In this document: positions 1 through 6,308 of the stretch, one piece after another
Numbering within the stretch: position 1 is the stretch's first letter
Layout: every line of letters starts with the position of its first letter
Position numbers and translations under genes: made by a program
Notes under the pieces: generated by a model
The model's input: the letters and a program-made list of their open reading frames with translations, nothing else
Told to the model about the DNA's origin: nothing
Databases searched by the model: none
Assembly (NCBI GenBank): GCA_963678065.2
Contig: CAXXVZ010000005.1
Coordinates: forward strand, 928,001 to 992,000
Length of the DNA stretch: 64,000 bases
Reading direction: 5' to 3'
Source of the DNA: Treponemataceae bacterium
GTDB lineage: Bacteria; Spirochaetota; Spirochaetia; Treponematales; Rectinemataceae

Positions 1-102
1 TCGGCGGGACAAAATGTGCCTGAGCGGAATGAGCGTATGCGAGTGAAGCGAATGGCCGAAGAGGGAGCTTGCGACCGATGAGCGTGGGCAGTGCTGTTAG
101 GC
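1..102 (-). repeat. attC-like site (truncated by the window edge)
   Basis: Same family as the other repeats; R'' GCCTAAC (minus) at 96-102, 12 bp after the stop codon of ORF 115-957. Confidence 0.85.
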
Positions 103-114
103 GATGGCGCATGA

Positions 115-957
115 CTACAATCGGGCAAATGTTGCTACTTCGCCACTTGTATTACTATATATTTTAAGTCCGATATATTCCCGATTGTTGCTTAATAAAA
201 CTGATCCCGTGGGAATAGACTTATCGTCATCTAAAACATGAACATTTATTATATCCTTTTCGGATGATAACACTTGACATATTTTTATCTCAATTTCATG
301 GTTCTTATTTATAAATAAGCAAAACATAAAAGTACTAATAGGTATTATTCCATCATATATTTTGAAAATACCAGTATATTGCCTTTTATTGTATTCAATC
401 TCGTTTTTTGCTCTATCTAGTGCGATTATACTCTCTGGAATTATTTTCTCATTATTTTCATATGGATCATAAATCGTGACAGAATTTAAATGACTATCAA
501 ATATAGGTATTATCGTTCTTATTTTCCCATCATTTGTAAATATTCCATTCGCGTCACGTTTCCCATCTTTTGTTTTATATGTAATCTGAGATATTTGATA
601 TGTTTCATTCATATAGATATTCTTTACAATTTCAGTTATTATTTTTAGTCCACCTTTATAATCTTGTAATATTTTACATAATTCTTCTATATTATTCTCA
701 TTTATGCAGTCATTTATAAGTTCTATCCCTTTTTTTATTCCTTTTTTCATAAATATTGTATTAAACCCAATCATTTTTTTAATGGGACTTTCTTGTTCAA
801 TCATTATAGCGTAGTCATTTACTAACCGCAAATCTTGATTCTGTATTTCTTTGTTATTAAATATAATTGTCACCAATATCCCAACAACAGCAATAATAAT
901 AGATGAGAATATTTTGGTTATCACATCTATTTTATCCCAGTTATCTTTGGTAGCCAT
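115..957 (-). CDS. Cassette protein, 280 aa: N-terminal TM helix plus a possible degenerate trypsin-like domain
   Basis: Hydrophobic IFSSIIIAVVGILVTIIF; NGIFTNDGKIRT and PTGSVLLSNNREYIGL resemble trypsin/HtrA motifs; RBS-like AAGGA upstream; very AT-rich. Confidence 0.7.
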   Translation of the reverse strand: MATKDNWDKIDVITKIFSSIIIAVVGILVTIIFNNKEIQNQDLRLVNDYAIMIEQESPIKKMIGFNTIFMKKGIKKGIELINDCINENNIEELCKILQDYKGGLKIITEIVKNIYMNETYQISQITYKTKDGKRDANGIFTNDGKIRTIIPIFDSHLNSVTIYDPYENNEKIIPESIIALDRAKNEIEYNKRQYTGIFKIYDGIIPISTFMFCLFINKNHEIEIKICQVLSSEKDIINVHVLDDDKSIPTGSVLLSNNREYIGLKIYSNTSGEVATFARL

Positions 958-985
958 TTTAATCTATCCTTTGTCATGCGCTTTC

Positions 986-1127
986 GCCTAACGTTCGCCT
1001 GCCTACGACGTTGTGGCGAGCATCGGCGAGCCACAATGTGCCTGAGCGGAATGAGCGATAGCGAGTGCAGCGATGGCCGAAGAAGGAGCCGACAGGCGAC
1101 TGATGAGCGTGGGCAGTGCTGTTAGCT
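986..1127 (-). repeat. attC-like site (142 bp)
   Basis: + strand gcctaac(986-992)...gttagct(1121-1127); L-box pair tgcctacg/cgtgggca; internal hairpin ttgtggc/gccacaa. Confidence 0.88.
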
Positions 1128-1195
1128 GATGGTTTGCCCCCCATCCATGTCTTTTCTCTCTTCACCTTATTCATTGTTCTTCAATATCTTATACC

Positions 1196-1705
1196 TTATA
1201 TCTTTATCCAATAATAACAATGTTCATGTTCTATCTTTTCCAATATCCCATTATTCCATTCTATTACTTTTCTTGATCCTCTGTTGGTTTCATCACATGT
1301 TATCAATACATCATTCACATCACGTTTCTTTATTTCGTTCAATGTCAGTTCCAATAACTTCTTCCCATACCCCTTATTTCGTTGTTCTTTCCGAATCCCA
1401 TATCCTATATGCCCACCATGAGCACGCAATTTATCGGTTAAGTAATGCCTCATTTTTGAGTACCCTAGTACTTCTTCATCATCCATAAGCCAATATATTG
1501 TTTGTGGCACATATCCTTTTTCAAGCTCAGGAGCTTCATACTGCGCAATAAGTTTTTCGATATATCCCGGATACTCTTCCCATGAGATCCCATATCCACC
1601 ATTCATAAATCCATTTTCTTCTTGATCAATCGATTGTAGCATCTGATAAATGTTTCTATTCGTTGTATCACGTTCAGAAACCTTCTGAATGTAAATCCTA
1701 CCCAT
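1196..1705 (-). CDS. Cassette GNAT-family N-acetyltransferase (169 aa)
   Basis: GHIGYGIRKEQRNKGYGK acetyl-CoA motif; LITCDETNRGSRKVIEWNNG; ATG 1705 with AAGGAA RBS. Confidence 0.9.
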   Translation of the reverse strand: MGRIYIQKVSERDTTNRNIYQMLQSIDQEENGFMNGGYGISWEEYPGYIEKLIAQYEAPELEKGYVPQTIYWLMDDEEVLGYSKMRHYLTDKLRAHGGHIGYGIRKEQRNKGYGKKLLELTLNEIKKRDVNDVLITCDETNRGSRKVIEWNNGILEKIEHEHCYYWIKI

Positions 1706-1859
1706 AATAATTCCTTGAACTATACACTGTAGTACCATAAAACCAGATCGGGTCATTTATGCGCATAAATTTGATATCCAAAGTCTCAAACATGAAGATA
1801 AATTTCGCATGCATTAAAACATAGGTATCTGCACATCTGATCTTGGGGGGCAAACTTTC

Positions 1860-1998
1860 AGCTAACGTTCTGCCTGTTTGCGACGATGGCGCGAGCATCG
1901 GCGAACGCCATTGTGCCTGAGCGAAATGAGCGTATGCGAGTGCAGCGATGGCCGAAGAGGGAGCCTGCGACCGATGAGCGTGAACAGCGCTGTTAGTT
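1860..1998 (-). repeat. attC-like site (139 bp)
   Basis: agctaac(1860-1866)...gttagtt(1992-1998); nearly identical to 3308-3445. Confidence 0.88.
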
Positions 1999-2118
1999 GC
2001 AGTCGTGACCTTCGAGCGCGCTTGGATGGGGAGACTTGTCTCCTCATCCAATACTCTATCTTGCGCGCGTTCTTTTCTTCCTCTTCTCTTAACCTTATTT
2101 TTTCACGATTGCAACTAA
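1866..2118 (-). mobile_element. ORF-less cassette, copy 2
   Basis: Only ~114 bp between R boxes; 30-nt near-palindrome at 2022-2051 and a polypyrimidine tract; near-duplicate of 3314-3570. Confidence 0.8.
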
Positions 2119-2253
2119 CGTATGCCTGCCTGCGACGTTTTGGCCCGCATCGGCGGGACAAAATGTGCCTGAATGAAACGAGCGAATGCGAGTGGAATGA
2201 AGGCCGAAGAAGGAGCCGAAGGCGACTAATGAGCGTGGGCAGCGCTGTTAGGC
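2113..2253 (-). repeat. attC-like site (141 bp)
   Basis: aactaac(2113-2119)...gttaggc(2247-2253); L-box pair tgcctgcg/cgtgggca. Confidence 0.88.
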
Positions 2254-2335
2254 GAAGTATTGATTTCCGGTCTATACTAAATCATCGCTGTGCTGAACGC
2301 CCGGAGGGCGAAGCAAGGCGATACAATTGCATTCT

Positions 2336-3238
2336 TTATTTTGAATATATTTTATTGATTAATTCTTTTAATTTATCAAAATCAAAACTAGCATATTCTA
2401 TACTGTTATTTATATTATTCGTTTCATCGATCTGTTGCTTCTTGAAATTGAAGGAAATATGATCTACTCTATTATCAGCTAAAAGCATATTCTTAAAATA
2501 GTTGAATAATTTGCTATATTGATCAACTTCTTTTTCTGATAGATTTTCATCTTGATTTACATAATAACCAATAAATGCAGTAATACCAATAAAGTATTTT
2601 GCACAAACTAAAATTAGATTTTTATCGTATTCGATTAATGGGAAAAATCCTTTTTCAAACAACCCATATTCTTCTAATCCTTTCCAGTTACTGTGAACTA
2701 TAGTATTTCCTTTCAGATAAATATGTTCCCAAACTTCTATGCCATAATTCATTAACTTTTTTCGGATATTTCCTTCTCTATATTCCTTGTTTTCTGGGTT
2801 TTTTGCCCAATTATCTGTTGATGAAGGTTCTAAAGTAAAAAGAAGTAACTGAAGCAACCTGCTTTGCAGTGAACGAATAATTATTGCTGCATCAAAATAA
2901 CATTTGTTCTTTATAAGTACGTAAATACTTTTTATCGTTTGGATGTTTTGCTTAATCTGTAACATATAGTACCAGTCGAAATCTTTCCTTTTATCATTCT
3001 TTGAATCTTTTCGAATAATTCTATAGATTGCCATATAAGTATTTGCCATGATCATAAATTCATCAAATTGATAATCCTTACTATTCCAATAATCCCGAAT
3101 CCTAAGTCCTCCGCTTTTCTGAAAACAAAATGCTTCAACAACTGGTATTGAGCTACAGCCTTGAGGAACACCCATTTTTAGTAAATGAATCATTTTCTCT
3201 TTCATCAACTCATCGTTTATAGTAAATTTATCTTTCAT
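2336..3238 (-). CDS. Cassette protein, 300 aa, possibly DUF5677/HEPN-like
   Basis: ATG 3238 (the upstream ORF extension runs through the attC); SIYVLIKNKCYFDAAIIIRSL...W...YLKGNTIVHS pattern; AT-rich. Confidence 0.65.
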   Translation of the reverse strand: MKDKFTINDELMKEKMIHLLKMGVPQGCSSIPVVEAFCFQKSGGLRIRDYWNSKDYQFDEFMIMANTYMAIYRIIRKDSKNDKRKDFDWYYMLQIKQNIQTIKSIYVLIKNKCYFDAAIIIRSLQSRLLQLLLFTLEPSSTDNWAKNPENKEYREGNIRKKLMNYGIEVWEHIYLKGNTIVHSNWKGLEEYGLFEKGFFPLIEYDKNLILVCAKYFIGITAFIGYYVNQDENLSEKEVDQYSKLFNYFKNMLLADNRVDHISFNFKKQQIDETNNINNSIEYASFDFDKLKELINKIYSK

Positions 3239-3307
3239 TTTGTGTGAGCCCGACGGCCAGAGTCCCGGGCGAACCTTTATAAAATTTAAGCCGGAAATCA
3301 ATATTTC

Positions 3308-3445
3308 GCCTAACGTTCTGCCTGTTTGCGACGATGGCGCGAGCATCGGCGAGCGCCATTGTGCCTGAGCGGAATGAGCAAAGCGAGTGCAGCGATGGCC
3401 GAAGAGGGAGCCTGCGACCGATGAGCGTGAACAGCGCTGTTAGTT
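3308..3445 (-). repeat. attC-like site (138 bp)
   Basis: gcctaac(3308-3314)...gttagtt(3439-3445); L-box pair tgtttgcg/cgtgaaca; internal hairpin atggcgc/gcgccat. Confidence 0.88.
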
Positions 3446-3570
3446 GCAGTCGTGACCTTCGAGCGCGCTTGGATGGGGAGACTTGTCTCCCCATCCAATA
3501 CTCTATCTTGCGCGCGTTCTTCTCTTCCTCTTCTCTTACCCCTATTTTTTTCTTTCACGATTGCAACTAA
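3314..3570 (-). mobile_element. ORF-less cassette, copy 1 (first position of the array)
   Basis: No credible ORF; perfect 14-bp-stem hairpin ttggatggggagac-tt-gtctccccatccaa at 3469-3498. Confidence 0.8.
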
Positions 3571-3666
3571 CTATGTGTCTATGAATTTGTGGGAAAAAAT
3601 TTGATGGGGATTTTAGCTGAATGGAGTAATTTGTTGTGGGGATTATTAGCTGAAAGGAATTGTGGG
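3565..3666 (-). other. Putative attI-like recombination site
   Basis: G|TTAGTT core (3571-3565) not preceded by attC sequence; imperfect direct repeats at 3598-3621 and 3628-3654. Confidence 0.65.
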
Positions 3667-3699
3667 TAATGTGTATGGGATGGGTGAAGTACGAACATG

Positions 3700-3728
3700 C
3701 AGATAGACATATACTGAAATTATGTCAA
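3700..3728 (-). promoter_or_regulatory. Candidate cassette promoter (proximal)
   Basis: TTGACA-17bp-TATCTG pointing toward attI; the -10 box is weak. Confidence 0.4.
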
Positions 3729-3828
3729 ATACAAACCAGTCATTTTCTGGTGGCGAGTTGGTGGAAATATCGAAAGCAGGATATGGACTCGGCCGAAACG
3801 CGATGGCATAACCGGCATTTCTATTTCC

Positions 3829-3856
3829 ATTATAAAGACATCCTGCTGGAATGCAA
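3829..3856 (-). promoter_or_regulatory. Candidate cassette promoter Pc (distal)
   Basis: TTGCAT-16bp-TATAAT pointing toward attI. Confidence 0.5.
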
Positions 3857-3894
3857 CAAAATTTTACTAACCATATAGGACATTTTTTTAAACA

Positions 3895-5076
3895 TCATGA
3901 CTCAACTTCACGATCGAGCGGGCTTGTGATGCTGAGGACGTTCCTTTTGGCAACATGTGTGTAGACCTGGGTGGTTTTCGGGCTGGCATGTCCTAACAGG
4001 ACTTGGATATAACGCAAATCCGTACCGTCTTCGAGGAGGTGCGTGGCGAAACTGTGACGGAGGCAGTGGATTGAGACTTCTTTGTCGATATTGGCTGTAG
4101 TTCGTGCACGGTAGAAGATTTCTTCCATTGAGCGGATGCTCAGATGGCCGCCTTTCTGGCCTTCGAAGAGCCAGGCTTCGGGGTTGTACATCTCGATGTA
4201 GGAAAGAAACAATTGACGGGATTTTTCGGCAAGAAGTGTATAGCGGTCTTTCCGGCCTTTGCCGCCGCGAATGAAAATGACTCGCCGGTCAAGGTCGATG
4301 TCGCAGGTCTTCAGGCGCGCGATTTCGCTGACGCGAAGGCCGCCGGAATATGCGAGGGATAGTATCAGTTTGTGTTTTAGGTTCTTAGGAGCTTTGATGA
4401 TGCGAAGGGCTTCGGGACGGCTGAGGACACCGGGAAGATGTTTGTCGGCTCGGGGCCGATGTTCGATTTGCAGTGGAAGGCCGAGAACGCGGTTGAACAG
4501 AAATTTCAGGGCGCTGATGACTTGGTTCAGCGTGGCGGCCGCCGCTCCGTTTTTCCTTCCCAGCATCGACAGGTACTCCTGAACATCGTCGATTGTGGCG
4601 CGCTCAAGGGGGTGGGGGACGATGAACGCGTTGAAGCGTTCGGCGATGGCTGTGTAACGGCGCGCTGTCTTGGGGGAGTATTTGTAGGCGGACAGAACGT
4701 CGCGGAGTGTTCGGGAAACATTAGCCGGAAGCGAAGAGGGAGATTGCGTTTCTTCGGGGGAAGGGGATCCGGAATCAGGACGCCTGATGGTGAAGGGGTT
4801 CACTACCGGCAAGGGCGCTGGCTGGACGGCTTGCGCGGATGCTGTCGTCGGCTTGCCTTTCGCGATGATGGTCCATGTCGAAAAAGCTGCTTTAAATAAG
4901 GAAAGATTTTCAACGGGAAAATTCCAAAACCTGGAAGCGTCGTCGAATCGTCGACCTGGAACAAGTTTGATAAGGCGAACAAACTCATCGGAGTATTCGG
5001 ATTGAACGCGAATACGCGAACCGTCCAGATCGGAAATGACGATGATCCGTCTGACTTCAGCGCGGGACTGCATCAC
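3895..5076 (-). CDS. Tyrosine recombinase / atypical integron integrase, 393 aa
   Basis: GLRVSE, GGKGRKDR, HCLRHSFATHLLE, LLGH, TQVYTHV (R-K-H-R-H-Y intact); SAM-like N-domain YSPKTARRY...ATLNQVISALKFLF. Confidence 0.93.
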   Translation of the reverse strand: MMQSRAEVRRIIVISDLDGSRIRVQSEYSDEFVRLIKLVPGRRFDDASRFWNFPVENLSLFKAAFSTWTIIAKGKPTTASAQAVQPAPLPVVNPFTIRRPDSGSPSPEETQSPSSLPANVSRTLRDVLSAYKYSPKTARRYTAIAERFNAFIVPHPLERATIDDVQEYLSMLGRKNGAAAATLNQVISALKFLFNRVLGLPLQIEHRPRADKHLPGVLSRPEALRIIKAPKNLKHKLILSLAYSGGLRVSEIARLKTCDIDLDRRVIFIRGGKGRKDRYTLLAEKSRQLFLSYIEMYNPEAWLFEGQKGGHLSIRSMEEIFYRARTTANIDKEVSIHCLRHSFATHLLEDGTDLRYIQVLLGHASPKTTQVYTHVAKRNVLSITSPLDREVES

Positions 5077-5310
5077 TGTTGTACCTGCCTCTCGTCACTA
5101 GATCGCACAGAGGGGGCGCGTCTGATTGAAGAGGTCAGAGGAAAAGCATGAATAAATGCCTGTCTCGGGAAGGAGACCAAGCGACTTGGCGACAGTAGGC
5201 CTATCGGTCTCCTTGACGGAAACTGATCGCAGTGTGCGAGCAATGAACCCGGCGGACAGGTGCTGAACTCTGGCTCGCTTGCCTGATTATTCGCATAGAC
5301 CCTGGATCAC

Positions 5311-5449
5311 ACGGTATGGCGCCGCTTGTCAGAATGGGAGATCAGAAACAGACGCTGGAGACCAGAGGCCAGACGGTGGTGCCGTTTATCAGAATAGGAG
5401 ATCAGAAACATAAGTTGGAGATCAGAGGATAGACGGTGGCGCCGTTGTC
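5311..5449. repeat. Degenerate 60-bp tandem repeat (~2.3 copies) overlapping the thrB 3' end
   Basis: Lines starting at 5341 and 5401 align at period 60 (atcagaaaca...tggagaYcagagg..agacggtggYgccgtt). Confidence 0.75.
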
Positions 5450-6307
5450 GGCGGCGGCAAGGGGGATGATTTTCCAGGAGGGGCCGGGAAGGTTTGCGAG
5501 GAAGGGTGTCATAGCGGAAATAAAGCCGGTATTGGTGGCTTCAGTGATGGCCATAATGGTGGGGCCGGCGCCGCTCAGGAAGGCTGCGAGGGCGCCGGAT
5601 ACCTTGCAGCAAGAGACGATTTCGTCGAAGTGGGGAATGAGGGGAGCACGGTAGCGCTCATGAAGACGGTCGGCGCAGGCGAACTCGAGCCGGGGCCAGT
5701 CGCGGACAAGGAAGGCCGCGGTTGTAAGGGCGGCGCGGCCGGAGTTGAAGACGGCGTCCTTGAAGGGCAGCGTGGAGGGGAGCGCGGCACGGGCGACCGA
5801 GGTTTCCAGTTCGAAGTCGGGGATGAGGGCGTTGAAGCAAAGATCGGCTCCGATGGAACTCCGGACCGCATGGACTTTGCCGTCCTCGAGAATGGCGACG
5901 GCAAAGCCTCCGAGGAGTGCCGGCGTGACATTGTCGGGGTGACCTTCCATGCGCGCGGCGAGGTCGAGGACTGTGTCGCGGCCTAATCTGCCGCCGAGGA
6001 GGGTGTCCGCGGCGAGAAGGCCGGCGACGATGCAGGTGGCGCTTGATCCGAGGCCACGGGCGATGGGGACTTCCGTCATGAACCGGACTGAAAGAGCAGG
6101 AAAGGGCGCGCCTGCGGTCTCGAATCCGAGACGACAGGCCTGGATGAAGAGATTGTCGGGGCCGGCATGGGCGGGATCGCATCCGCGCAGAACGAAAGAC
6201 TCCGAGAGTTCGACGTCGAATTGGTTGTACAGCCCGAGGGCGATGCCGAGACAGTCGAAGCCGGGACCAAGGTTAGCGCTAGTCGCGGGTACGCTGATGC
6301 GGATCAT
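5402..6307 (-). CDS. thrB: Homoserine kinase
   Basis: VPATSANLGPGFD, PIARGLGSSA, EGHPDNV, LSGAGPT. Confidence 0.95.
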   Translation of the reverse strand: MIRISVPATSANLGPGFDCLGIALGLYNQFDVELSESFVLRGCDPAHAGPDNLFIQACRLGFETAGAPFPALSVRFMTEVPIARGLGSSATCIVAGLLAADTLLGGRLGRDTVLDLAARMEGHPDNVTPALLGGFAVAILEDGKVHAVRSSIGADLCFNALIPDFELETSVARAALPSTLPFKDAVFNSGRAALTTAAFLVRDWPRLEFACADRLHERYRAPLIPHFDEIVSCCKVSGALAAFLSGAGPTIMAITEATNTGFISAMTPFLANLPGPSWKIIPLAAADNGATVYPLISNLCF

Positions 6308-6308
6308 G

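Larger units (their letters stand above)
1..5076 (-). mobile_element. Integron-like element: tyrosine recombinase, attI-like site and cassette array (continues beyond the left edge)
   Basis: Five ~140-bp related repeats bounded by RYYYAAC...GTTRRRY (minus strand) separate AT-rich co-oriented ORFs and end at a lone GTT site (3565-3571) near a tyrosine recombinase gene. Confidence 0.88.

Noticed and set aside
2290..2315. Hammerhead ribozyme-like CTGA...stem...GAA
   Set aside because: The core is CTGAAC/GAAG rather than CTGANGA/GAAA, and stems I and III are not evident.
974..3570. Short ORFs overlapping the repeats (974-1174, 1698-2051, 1862-2161, 1878-2462, 3228-3494, 3310-3558, 3334-3570)
   Set aside because: They read through attC sequence and their similarity comes from the DNA repeat; frames and starts differ between the two ORF-less cassette copies.
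1..3571. CRISPR array interpretation of the repeats
   Set aside because: The repeats are ~140 bp and variable, the spacers are 0.1-1.1 kb and contain genes, and there are no cas genes.
5077..5310. LexA/SOS box upstream of the integrase
   Set aside because: No convincing CTGT-N8-ACAG or other known LexA palindrome was seen.
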